Shown one piece after another: positions 28,868 through 55,226 of a stretch of 64,000 nucleotides of DNA (the stretch's first letter is position 1; every line of letters begins with the position of its first letter). The notes below the pieces were generated by a model. It saw only the letters and a list, made by a program, of their open reading frames with translations, was not told where the DNA came from and did no database searches. Both the position numbers and the translations under genes were made by a program. The stretch is from Felis catus (lineage: Eukaryota): positions 49,540,001 to 49,604,000 of the forward strand of contig NC_058382.1 of NCBI RefSeq assembly GCF_018350175.1, given 5' to 3'.

Positions 28868-29058
28868 GGGGCGCCTGGGTGGCGCAGTCGGTTAAGCGTC
28901 CGACTTCAGCCAGGTCACGATCTCGCGGTCCGTGAGTTCGAGCCCCGCGTCGGGCTCTCGGCTGATGGCTCAGAGCCTGGAGCCTGTTTCCGATTCTGTG
29001 TCTCCCTCTCTCTCTGCCCCTCCCCCGTTCATGCTCTGTCTCTCTCTGTCCCAAAAAT
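28868..29058 (+). mobile_element. Young felid CanSINE lacking a poly(A) tail
   Basis: Consensus-like body; ~20-bp TSD aaaaatctgccaatactttt. Confidence 0.93.
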
Positions 29059-29424
29059 AAAAATCTGCCAATACTTTTATTATGATCCGATTAATGGCTG
29101 CATTTAATTAGGGAGAATGGACACCTTTATGATGTTGGATCATATTGTAGGCCATCCGAGTGTTCAAGCCCTGTTTTGTTTTGTCTCTCTTAAGTGCACT
29201 TTATCATCTTTACAGAAGTTTGTCATTTAAAAAAAGGTTATTTTTCTTTATCCTTATGTAGTGTATTGTTGAAAATGAAATCATTTTTCCATCATTTCAT
29301 ATTTTTTTCTCTTGTATTTGTTGATATTTTCCACTGTTCTTATTTTGTATATTTGGGATTTCTCCCCCTTTTTGTTTTTGTCTCCTTAATTAGCATAGCT
29401 AATGGTTATCTATTATTTAAAAAA

Positions 29425-32400
29425 ATGTTTTTAAGTTTATTTATTTTGAGAGAGACAGAGACAGCATGAGCAGGGGAGGGGCAGAGAGAGAGAGAGAAAG
29501 AGAAATCCTACACAGGCTCCGCCCTGTCAGCGCAGAGCCAGACACAGGACTTGGACTCACTAACCCACACTAACTGTGAGATCATGACCTGAGCCACAAT
29601 CAGGTCCCACACCAGGTTTAACCGACTGAGCCACCTGGGTGTCCCTCTATTTTTATTATTAAAGAATAACTCTTTAATATCTGTAGCATCTGTAGTAGTG
29701 TCTCCTCCTTCATTTTTGATAATGGTAATTAATGCCCTCCTTTTTTTTTTTTCCCCCTTTTGGTCAGTATGGCTAGAGGTTTATCAATATTATTGATCTT
29801 TTCAAATAACCAGGTTTTGGTTTTATGGAATTTCTCCATTGTTTTTCTGTTTTGAGGGATCTTTTAAATGTTTATTTGTTTATCTTGAGAGACAGAGTAT
29901 GAGAGTGCATGGTTGGGGCGGGGGAGAGAGAGAATCCCAACAGGCTCCGCCCTGTCAGCGCAGAGCCCCAAGTAGGGCTCAAACTCACAAATTGTGAGAT
30001 CATGACCTGAGCTGAAATCAAGAGTCAGATGCTCAACCTGCTGAACCAGCCAGGTACCCCCCTGTTTTGAGTTTTATGGATTTCTGTGCTTAACTTTATT
30101 ATTTCCTTCCTTATGCTTGATTTGGGTTTAACTAATTAATTTTTTTATGCTTTCTTAAGGTGGAAACTGCGGTAATTGATTAAAATCTTTCTTTTCTAAT
30201 ACAGTTTAATGCTATAACTGTTTGTAGTTACAGTTAATATAGGTAATAATTTAATGCCATAATACTACTTTAGTTATATCCCTCAAATTTTGGTATGTTG
30301 TGCTTTCATTTCTATTCAGTTCTACGGGTTTTTTAAACTTGTGACTTCCTTTTTCAACCCTTGGTTATTTAGAAATTTGTTGTTTAATTTCCAAGTATTT
30401 GGAAAGAAGTAATTAACAGATCTCTTTCTAGTAATTGATTTCTTTTTTTTTTTTAATTTTTTTCTTCAACGTTTATTTATTTTTTTGGGGACAGAGAGAG
30501 ACAGAGCATGAACGGGGGAGGGGCAGAGAGAGAGGGAGACACAGAATCGGAAATAGGCTCCAGGCTCTGAGCCATCAGCCGAGAGCCCGACGCAGGGCTC
30601 GAACTCACGGACCGTGAGATCGTGACCTGGCTGAAGTCGGACGCTTAACCGACTACGCCACTCAGGCGCCCCACTAGTAATTGATTTCTAGTTTAAGTCT
30701 ATTTTCATCAAAGAATACACTTTGTTACAAATTTCATTTCTTTAGAATGAAAGGTTTGTTTTGTGGCCAAGAATATGATCTATCTTGGGAATTTTTAATA
30801 TATAATTTAATGACTATTGTGCTGCTGGTGGTGGAGTCTTCTATAAATACAAAGTGAGGGGCGCCTGGGTGGCTCAGTCGGTTAAGCGTCCGACTGCGGC
30901 TCAGGTCGTGATCTCGCGGTCTCTGAGTTCGAGCCCCGCGTCGGGCTCTGTGCTGACAGCTCAGAACCTGGAGCCTGCTTCTGATTCTGTGCCTCCCTCT
31001 CTCTCTAACCCTCCTCCCATTCATGCTCTGTCTCTCTCTGTCTCAAAAATAAATAAACATTAAAAAAATTTTTCCAAAGTGAGTCAGGGTGCTTGATAGC
31101 ATGGTTCCATTCTTCTATATCCTTACTGGTTTTCTATCTACCTGTTTTGTCACTGAGAAAAGAGTATTGATGTCTCCAACTATAATTGTGAATTTATCTG
31201 TTTTTTTTTTTCTTTCAGTTCTATCAATTTTTGCTTCTTGTATTTTGAAATGCTTTTGTTAGGTACATATGCATTTAGGGTTGTTATGCCTTCTGGCCAT
31301 TTGACACATTCACCAGGTGTTGTTTATCACAGTGACATTATGTAATATCACTCTATTTCTGGTAATATTATTCTGAACTTTACTTTGATATTAATATAAT
31401 CACTTTCTTTTGGTTAGTGTTTGCAAGGCATATCTTTTTTTCATCCCTTTACTTTTGATCTAGCTATGTTTTTATATTTCAAACAAACCGCTTATAAACA
31501 GTTAAAAGCAGTTGGCCTTCCTTTTTTTTATCCAGTTTGACAACCTCTATCATTTAATTGGTGTATTTATACCAGTTATTAAGATGGTTCAATTATGGGG
31601 CCCCTGGGTGGCTCAGTCGGTTGAGCTGCCAACTTCGGCTCAGGTCATGATCTCACAGCTCATGAGTTCGAGCCCAGCATCAGGCTCTGTGCTGACAGCT
31701 CGGAGCCTAGATCCTGTTTCAGATCTGTGTCTCCCTCTCTCTCTGCCCCTAACCCACTTGCATTCTGTCTCTCTCAAAAGTAAATAAACATTTAAAAAAA
31801 AAAAAAAAGATGGTTCAATTAAAATCTACCATCTTGCTAGTTTTTTTTCTACTTGTCCTGGTTGGTCTTCGTTCGTATTTAACTCTTTTTCCAACTACTT
31901 TTGTATTAGTTGGTACTTTTATGATTTCATTTTTTTCCTCCACTATTGGCTTATCATTTATACCCCTTTAAAAATTTTTTGTTGTTGTTGCCCTGGCATT
32001 TACAATACAAATCTGGAGTTAATCACAGTGGACCTTTAAGTAATATTTTACTGCTTTATGTGTAATATAAGATCTTTATAATAATATACTCTCCAATTTC
32101 ATCATCCCATCTTTTGTACTATCATATGTTGTAGTTTTACATATGCCGTAAACCCACAAAACTTACGGGCTATTTTTTGACAATCATTTGTCTTTTAGAG
32201 TGATTAAAAGTAAGAAGGTTTTCTTTAGAGTCATCTTTATTTTAAGCATTCCCATAGATCTTTATTTCTTGTGTAGATCCAGGTTTTTGTCTGGTATCAT
32301 ATTCCTTCTACCTGAAAAACTACTTTAAATATTTCTTCTAGTACAAGTCTACTGATAATGAATTCTCTGTTTTTGTTCAAAAAGTTTTGATTTCACTTTC

Positions 32401-32640
32401 ATTTTTTGAAGGATGTATTTGCTGGGTATAGAATACTGGGTTGATAGTTGCCCCGCTTTTGTTTTTTGTTTTTTTTTTTTTTAAGTACTTCAGGGGCACC
32501 TGGGTGGCTCAGTTGGTTAAGTGTCTGACTCTTGATTTCGGCTCAGGTTATGGTCGCAGTTTGTGAGCTCGAGTCCTGCATTGGGCTCTCTGCTGACAGT
32601 GAAGAGGCTACTTGGAATTCTCTCTGCCCCTTCCCTGCTT

Positions 32641-32691
<51 letters not shown>

Positions 32692-33600
32692 ATAAAGAAA
32701 TAAACTTAAAAAAATAAATAAAAAATAGGGGTGCCTCAGTGGCTCAGTCATTTGAGTGGCCAACTCTTGATTTTGGCTCAGGTCGTGATCTCACAGATCA
32801 TGAGTTTGAGCCCTGCACTGGGCTCTGCACTGACAGCATGGAGCCTGCTTGGCATTATCTGTCTTCCTCTCTCCCTGTCCCTCCTCTGCTCGTGCTATGA
32901 CCCACTCTCAAAAATAAAGTAAATAAATAAATAAATAAATAAATACTTTAAAGATGTCACTGCATTGTCTTCTGGCTTGTATAGTTTTTGATGAGAAATT
33001 GACTCTGATTCTTTATGTAGTTCCTCTATATAATGTGTCATTTTTCTCTCTGGCTACTTTCCAGACTTTTTATTTAACCTTGGTTTTCAGTGGTTTGAAT
33101 ATGATGTCTTACATATTTGTTTGGTTTGGTATTTATTCAGTTTAGATAAACTATTTGAGTTTCTTAGAGCTATAGTTTGATATCATTATTTTTTGAAAAT
33201 CCTCAATCATTATGTCTTCAAATACCTCTTCTGTCCCATTGTTGATTGTCTTTTTGGGATTCCAATGACATGTTTGTTAGGCCATTTGATATTGAACTAT
33301 AGTCTTTGGATTCTGTATTTAATTTTTCATTCTACTTTGTTTTTATGTTTCATTTTGGGTAATTTCTTGCTTTCTTTTCCATTTGATTTTTTCTTGCAGT
33401 TTTCATCTTTTCTGAAATTTTCCATTTATTTATGTTGTCCACCTTTTCCATTAAAGCTTCTAAAATATGAATCATAGTTATTTTAAATTCCCTGTCTGAT
33501 AATCATCAGTTGAAGTTTGTGTTGATTGCTTTGTCTCTTGATAGTGGGTTGTCTTAGTTTGGCCTTTTCTGGTGTCTCATAATGTTTCATTGAAGGTAAG
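29425..33600 (-). mobile_element. Long, fragmented antisense old L1 in ZFP1 intron 1, with several CanSINE insertions
   Basis: T-rich antisense L1 ORF2-like sequence; SINEs at ~29425-29646(-), 29862-30061(-), 30444-30672(-), 30858-31071(+), 31598-31808(+), 32493-32726(+), 32728-32944(+). Confidence 0.6.
30444..30672 (-). mobile_element. Young felid CanSINE
   Basis: Consensus-like; TSD ctagtaattgatttct. Confidence 0.93.
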
Positions 33601-33810
33601 TGTTGCCACCATAATTGTTTAGGTCCCTTCTGAAGAGGGCAAGGGACTCTCCCAGTAGGTGGTGTTTTCCCAAATGATGTGTAAGGATTTGTAAATAAGT
33701 CATTATAGGAGTTCGAAAGCAGGTCACATCATTAATAACAGTATCTTCCTTTTTCTGTCTTTCAGTTCGGCCTTCATAGTTCTCAGCCTTTACCCCAAAA
33801 CTACAAAAAA

Positions 33811-48094
<14,284 letters not shown>

Positions 48095-48681
48095 GACTGC
48101 AGCTAGCTTGTTCTGTGGAAAAACCCGAACCCTTCCAGTGGGGGGCAGACCGCACAAAGGTACTGAAGGGACGCGGAAACGCGGGGCTGGGGGGATACAA
48201 GCCATCAAATCAAAACACATGTAAAAACAGGATCCCCTAAGAACAGCCTTATACCCAAAGTTAGCTACGCTGCCCAGCTAAAGCGTACATCCAGTTGTAA
48301 ATAGACATGCTTAGTCCTGTTACAGTGAGCTTTTTAAAATCTTGAATTATTCTGGGCAGCAGCATATGGGGGTATGCAGACCACACCCCGGGAGTTGAGT
48401 GGCTGTGTATGAGATTATGCCCCAAAACACAAATCTTGTCTTACATCTATACATGTAAATTTAACACAGTCACTGGGAGTTGGAAATTCTTGTCCTCTGA
48501 TAGTTAGGACATGAGTAAGATTTTCCATACTAAACACCACGTGTCTTTCAGTACCTTTACAACCCAGTACGCATTCCACATGAACTAGGTCACAGTTTTA
48601 GTAGCGTGTAGCGTATGTTTTCTCCTGCTACTTGCTGGCAGAGGGAAGTTGGTCGGACCGTCGTTACTCAGCTGCCTCTTC

Positions 48682-48687
48682 AATAAA
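48682..48687 (+). terminator. Candidate ZFP1 poly(A) signal (a second AATAAA at 50098-50103)
   Basis: AATAAA hexamers 0.6 and 2.0 kb after the stop codon. Confidence 0.45.
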
Positions 48688-49620
48688 CAGAAGACAGTGT
48701 TGAAGGTTTAACTTGCTTCGGAGGTTGCTAAAAGCATTATTCACATCAATATATAAGAGATAATTAAGAGGGGATTTAGGGAGTGAAAGACCACTGTGGG
48801 CTGTCACTCAGTGTAGGCACCACAGCTGGAGAGAGTGCCCACGTCCCTCGTGCGCCGTTCCTTTGCAGTGGGGTGTTTACATACAGATGCCTGTCTTTTA
48901 ACATACTGTGTAACCCATAAACTACTTGTGCTTTTGTGTTCTCCTGTTTCTCTTAATATTTTTATGGATTGTCTTACAAAAAGTAGGATGTGTATGTGGT
49001 TCACAAATGTTACATTTCAGAGACTTCAGAGAAAAAAATGTCGTAGTGCTTTTTCAAACGTCCACGTGCACAACCCACTTTAAAAATGCATTTTTGCCAC
49101 ATCCTGTGTAAAGGAGGCATTTTCATTCCCTGGGTTTCACTGTCATCAGCCAAAAGCATTTCCCTTTGGAACCTGAGTAAAAGTTAAGCCTTTCTTTTAA
49201 AGGTTCACACACACTTTATAAGTTAGACTTTTCAGTGATCTCTCCATATGTGTTTAACAACCTAAAAAAACTTCTTGCCTAACTCAGAGGTAAAGTATCT
49301 TACTATTGACTTCAAATTCCCAAGTTCCTCTCCCTGTCAGTCATGAATCACACACTAGAATTGTCACTGGGAACTGGCCTTTCTTTTTCCTTGTTTTTGA
49401 GTATCATTGATGTGCTGTGACCACCCATGAATGTGAGTGACTTTCTGAACAGATTGACAGATTGACAGAACATCTGTAGTCCAGTAAGTTTGTCTTTCTC
49501 AAATTGTCATCTTGTCTACTACTGGCAAGGAAGCAGGGAAGAAGATTCATCTCACACACTGCTGTTAGAAATGTAAGTTGCCACTCTGTCTCTGAACATT
49601 AGGAATATACGTAGCCTTCA

Positions 49621-49810
49621 GGGCACCTGGGTGGCTCAGTTGGTTAAGCATCGACTCTAGGTTTCTGCTCAGGTCATGATCTCACGGTTCGTGAATTTGA
49701 GCCCCGCATTGGGCTCCACCCTGACAGCATGGAGCCTGCTTGGGATTCTCTCTCCCTGTCTCTCAGCCCCTTCCCTGCTTGTGCTCGCTCTCTACATAAA
49801 CATTTAAAAT
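49621..49810 (+). mobile_element. CanSINE (possibly within the ZFP1 3'UTR)
   Basis: SINE head and CT body. Confidence 0.85.
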
Positions 49811-50496
49811 ATATATACATACTCTTTAATCCAGGAGTCACTCCTGGGGATCTATCCCTAAGAAAAAATAAAGTGCCAGTACTTAAGATTATATGTTTAT
49901 CATGTATATTGTATTTTTTGATAAGGACAAAAGAAAATGTGAACAACCATCACTAAGAGAATGATTGAATAAACTGCAGCAAAATATGCCATGGCTGGCT
50001 GGTGTTCCATGGAAAAGAATGTGTAGGAGCAGATGCCTCCACATCAGAAACCTAGATTGGGGGGTGGGGGGAGGTTGTGTGTACACCATGTTTTTAAAAT
50101 AAAGGTCTAAAAACCTTACATGTATGTATATCTGTGTGTATTTTTATTAATTTATGGACCTGGAGAATAGAATTCTATATCAAGAATATAATTACCATTA
50201 AGTCCAATGGAAAATTGCTCATGTATCCCTCGGTCCCTAAGTTAACCCTCATTTATACTAAAACAATACACTAAGTCATCATGCAGCTAAGTAATTAACA
50301 TCAGTTAACACCATAACACAAGGCAGGTTCTCTTCCTCCATAACAAACAGCTCTGTGCTGTTCTCCAGCTCAAGCTTTCATAGCTGTATGCTGTGTGTGT
50401 GAGGTTGTGTTCTCCGTGAAAACCTGTATTTGGCATTCATTGTTCACACAGTGAAACCGTTCACACACACATACACAAAAATAGTAAAGACAGACA

Positions 50497-50685
50497 CTTG
50501 GGTGGCTCAGTCGGTTAAGCATCCAACTTAGCTCAGGTCATGATCTCAAAGTCTGTGGGCTCAAGCCCCGTGTCAGGCTCTGTGCTGACAGCTCAGAGCC
50601 TGGAGCCTGCTTCGGATGCTGTGTCTTCCTCTCTCTCTGACCCTCCTCCGCTCATTCTTCTTTCAAAAATAAACATTTTAAAAAA
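50497..50685 (+). mobile_element. CanSINE
   Basis: SINE head and body. Confidence 0.85.
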
Positions 50686-51189
50686 TGTTTTAGAAAAGGG
50701 GGGGAGAGACCAAGATGTAGGAGGTCCTCTCACGCTGGGAAGTATGTTTGAAGGTAGTGGGAGGCCTGTGGGACTGGCCTCAGATCACTTTGCTCAGGAC
50801 AACAGATGCTGTAATGTTGAAAATCAACTCGGGTTTTGTTTGTGATAAGGATCAGCCTAGGGGTGGGGTAAGGACTAGCTGTGCTCAGCTGGTTTGGCTG
50901 AGCTAGGTGCAGGAACAGCCTCAAGAGTGGGCAAAGGATAGCCAGGCCTAGGCGAGAAAGGGGCAGTTGACGGGTACCTGCTGCAACAGACTCATTGATA
51001 GGCCATCTGGAGGAATAGGTGATCGATAGCAGGTGGAAAAATTTGACCTCAAACAGGTTAAGCTGCTGAGAATGCTCAATATGGCTCCCCTGTGGCCTCA
51101 GAAGGTCAAGTGCTAATAAAAAATACCAGCAACAACAGCTGCCACCAGACCAGTAGTAATAACAGTGCTTCTATTAGTGATGATGCTGA

Positions 51190-51335
51190 GTAGTATTGCT
51201 TGCTTATTCTGCTCTTGGCAACATGCTGCTATTTGCTTTATATGCATTAGCTCATTTAATAGTTAACCCATGAGACAAGTTCATTATTATTTAAAATGAA
51301 GAAGCAAGTTCAGAGAGGTAAGGAATCTGCTCAAA
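51190..51335. mobile_element. MIR fragment
   Basis: 'gcattagctcatttaat...aaatgaagaagcaagttcagagaggtaaggaatctgctcaaag' MIR core. Confidence 0.6.
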
Positions 51336-51339
51336 GTAC

Positions 51340-52380
51340 ATGAAGTGGTACAATACTAACTCTACGAATAATATGAAAAATTAAGTTTACATATTTTAAT
51401 CTAGAACCACCAAAAAAAAAAAAAAAAAAAACATGAGAAGAGGTATATCTAAGATGCCAATAGATAAAACAGAAAGCCAAAAGTATTTTTAACCCAAAGA
51501 AGGCAAGAAGGAAGAAAGAAGAGAAAGCCTGAAGGGAAAACAGAAAACGAAAAGTAAAATGGTAGACCCAAAGTTCAACCATTTTAATAAAAGATATTGT
51601 CTAATGGATAATAAAAATAAGACCAAGCTACATGCTCAGTAAGAGTCATGTTTTTACGATAACGACAAGGATGGAAAGAGGATGGGAAAAGTATTACATA
51701 TAACCGCTAAACATAAGGTTGGGGTAGAACTGTTAATATCAGATCAAGTAGACTTTAAGACAGTATTGCTAGAGATTAAGGGTAATAATGATAAAGGGTT
51801 GATTTAGGAAGACAAACATGTATGTGCCTAATAATGGCGCTTCAAAATGGAGAAAGCAGGTCACCTAGGTGGCTCAGTCACTTAAGCCTCGGACTCTTGA
51901 TTTGAGCTCAGGTCATGATCTTGAGGTTTGTGGGTTCAAGCCCCGTGACAGCTAGGGTTCTGCTTGGGATCCTTGCTCTCTCTCTGCCCCTTCCCTGCTC
52001 ACATGTGTTCACTCTCTCAAAATAAGTAAACTTAAAAAAAAGAATGGGCAAAGCAAATACTGACATTTAAAGGAAGAAAAGACAAATCACAAGCACAGTT
52101 GAAGATTTAACACCTCTCAGCAACTGACAGAACTCAACAAAAATTCAATAAAGACCTAGAAAATATGAATAACACTTAACCACTTTGATCTAATTGACTT
52201 TGATGGAACACTTTACCAACAGCTACAGAATATACATTCTTTTCAAGTGCATGTAGCACTTTTACTAAAATAGGCATATGCCTGGCCATTCAACTCTTAG
52301 AGCATTTAAAAGGATTGAAAGCATACAGTGTGTTCCCCGAGCACAACAAAGTTAAACGAAAACCAGTAACAAGATAAATG
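51340..52380 (+). mobile_element. Old L1 fragment (endonuclease region) with a CanSINE at ~51859-52041
   Basis: A-rich; 'ttaatatcagatcaagtagactttaag', 'gaatatacattcttttcaagtgcatg' L1 ORF2 EN-like. Confidence 0.65.
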
Positions 52381-52412
52381 TAGCATAAGCACATGACGAT
52401 TGGTTCGTTTTT

Positions 52413-52516
52413 TGTTATAACACCAGTACCTGACTCAAGCTTTTCATTACTGAGGCATCCACTTGAAAGATAGCTGTTTCATTTTTTTTAACTTTGTTTT
52501 ATTTATTTTGAGAGGG

Positions 52517-52550
<34 letters not shown>

Positions 52551-53106
52551 CATGCACGCGTGGGCACATACGGAAGGGGGTGGAGGTGGGGGCAGAGAGA
52601 AAGAATCCCAAGCAGGTTCTGTGCCATCAGCACGAGTTGGAGCCTGCTGTGGGGCTCGACCCATGAACCATGAGACCATGACCTGAGCCAAAAATCAAGA
52701 GTCAAACGTACAACTGACGGTGCCACCCAGGCAACCCCAACATAGCTATTTCAAATGAACACACTGCCAGCACAAGTGAGTAAAGAACCAAGCTGCTCCC
52801 TGTCCCCATCCTGCAAAAGTTTCCTTTATTTTAGAGAAATCTGTTTAACCTCGGAAACTATTTGGCTTCTTGTTTTTCCCTTTGCACCCTTTAATTCCTG
52901 TCCTGTGTTTTAAATTCACCAATAAAGTCTGAACTCACAAAACCCTAGGCCCCCACCCTTAACCCCAGTAGAAGCCGCACCCCGGTCTGCTTACTCATGC
53001 CTCTCTCCCAACTTCACTGTATGGCCCCAGGCATGCCTTGTACCCTCCAGAACCCAGAAGTAATAAATCTTGGGATTTTCCCCATTTCCTGTTATAGATT
53101 GTAACA
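52413..53106 (+). mobile_element. Probable solo LTR (MER74/MER54-like), with an antisense CanSINE at ~52482-52738
   Basis: 'tgtatggccccaggcatgccttgtaccctccagaac...gtaataaa', ending tgtaaca; left boundary uncertain. Confidence 0.45.
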
Positions 53107-54784
53107 ACCCCAAGGACTGGTTCAGCCACAACACGGTTTCCAAAAGGGGAGAGGTCTGTGGGGGGCTCACTGGGCCAGCTGAGTGCCCCCAGGTATTTCC
53201 GGCTGATAGCGGCACTATCCTCAGGCTGAGACCAAAACAGTTGGTGTAGTGGGCAGGACTGCACAATTGTCCTTGCACTTAACGGAGAGCAATGCCCTTT
53301 AGCTGCACCTGATTTACCGACTAACCCAAGCGGTAACCATCTGGGAAAGGAACGCTAATTGCTAGAGGCCATGCTGCCTGTGCTGCTGGTTACTGCCGCT
53401 CTCACTGCTGCCTGCAGCATCCATCCCACAATGTCACCGCTGCCGTAGTAATTCAGCATCTTCCCAGACCAACGGGGTCAAGGCCATATTGTCTAACAAG
53501 ATCGGACCGGTAGATGAAAAGGCCTTGATTATTAATGTACAGTGAGGGCCCTCCGTGCCCAGAGGCCTGGGGATTGGACCCCAGGACTGTTGTGACACCC
53601 AAGTGGAGTGTGGTCCATGTTTTGGACCAAAGACACGAGGAAAGGACGTTCTTGTAAAGAGGACAGGAGCCCTCTGCCCGTGACCACCTGGCCGTGGCTT
53701 GTGCCTGGACTATGCGTCCTAGTAGCCTTGCCATCGAAACCAGTGGCACCACGAAAGGGAAATGCAGCAGAGGACCATGGTCTGTGTGTCACTGCTTTAC
53801 TCGCTGCTGTCATTCTGTGTCCACTGACCCAATGGGATATCATGGGTCCAATCCCTGGTGCGATGTTGCTTAAAGAAAAAACCAGACAAATACAACTATC
53901 CCGAACATCTGCAGCCAGCATCTCCTAAAATCCCTGAGAGGGTCTATCAGCTCCTTGTTAAATGCAAAACCTCGGCATTTCCTGGGCTCCTGGGCGCTGC
54001 TCAGTGCTACGGCACGCTCACTGCCCGGGCTCTGGTACTAACACTCTCAGGTCTGGGGACTTTTCCCAAAGACCTGTGAGCATTGCACTCATGGAGGCAG
54101 ACCCCAATCCCAGAGTTCCTGGGAAGGGAAGTGGCTGCACAGGAACATCATCACACATTTTTCTGGTTACAACACAAGATTAAGGAATCAGGAGAAAATC
54201 ACAAAATAGAGACTGAGATTGGAAACTATACCTTAACTGAAATTCAAGCCTTTAAGATTTTGTGCATCAAAAAAGAGAAGGGACTGATCGGCTATCACAG
54301 GTTTGGGGGCTGGGCTCTGCATTATTGCTCTCGGCAGCTTCTAAGACCACGCACTCCATAACGTGCTCAAATACATTCCGGGCTTTATGCTCCTTTCCTC
54401 CCAGATGCTACAGATTCTGAGCCCCCACCCTCTGCGTTCACCTGATGGGGGGCAGGATCGAGAAACATACCTCACAAGGCCCCCTGCTGCCAAAGGAAAA
54501 TCTGCCAGGGTTGAGACCTGGAGCGGTGAGGAAGAGGGAGAAGGGAAGGCGAAGGCCTCGAGAGCCTCCGATTCCTACCAGGGCCTTCCCTCTCCTCACT
54601 TGGCCATTTATGGCACGGGGCTGTGCCCACCTTCCATCACTCTACCACAGTGAGGACAGGTAAGGCCCACAGTGATTGGGAAACATTAATGACGCCCATC
54701 TCCCGGTGTACAGAGTCGGCATGCTCCACGGGTGGGAAGGTTTTGGACCGGATCACACGGCGTGTGTGGGAAAGGCAGTGGGAA

Positions 54785-55226
54785 TCACCAACAAGTGATC
54801 CTCAGACACCAGGTGGGCGCCCTAAAATTCAGCTTAATTCTGATGCTATCCACTTAGACATCCCATCAGATTCCACAGGTTAAGGGTTCAGTCCTAAACC
54901 CTTTTGGGGTTTTATGAAGCTTCATTCTATTGGCACAGTTGATTAACGAATTGACAATTGGTGACTCAACTCAATCTCCAGCCTCTCTCCCCTCCCCAAA
55001 GGTCAGTGGGTGGGACTGAAGGTTCCAACCCTCTAGTCCCCTGGTTGGCTCCATTGGCAACCAGCCCCCATCCTTAGGTAGTGCCAAAAGTCATCTCATT
55101 AACATAACAAAAGACACCTTTGTATTATCCCTCTTATCACTTAGGAAATTCCAAGTTTTTAGCAGCTCTGTGCCAGAAATGGGGACAAAGACCAAATATA
55201 CATCTATTATAAATCACGACATCACA
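54785..55226 (-). mobile_element. MER21-like LTR (putative 3' LTR, internally deleted)
   Basis: Reverse strand starts TGTGATGTCGTGATTTATAATAG...TTTGGTCTTTGTCCCC; homologous to the 59000-61881 LTR pieces. Confidence 0.7.
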
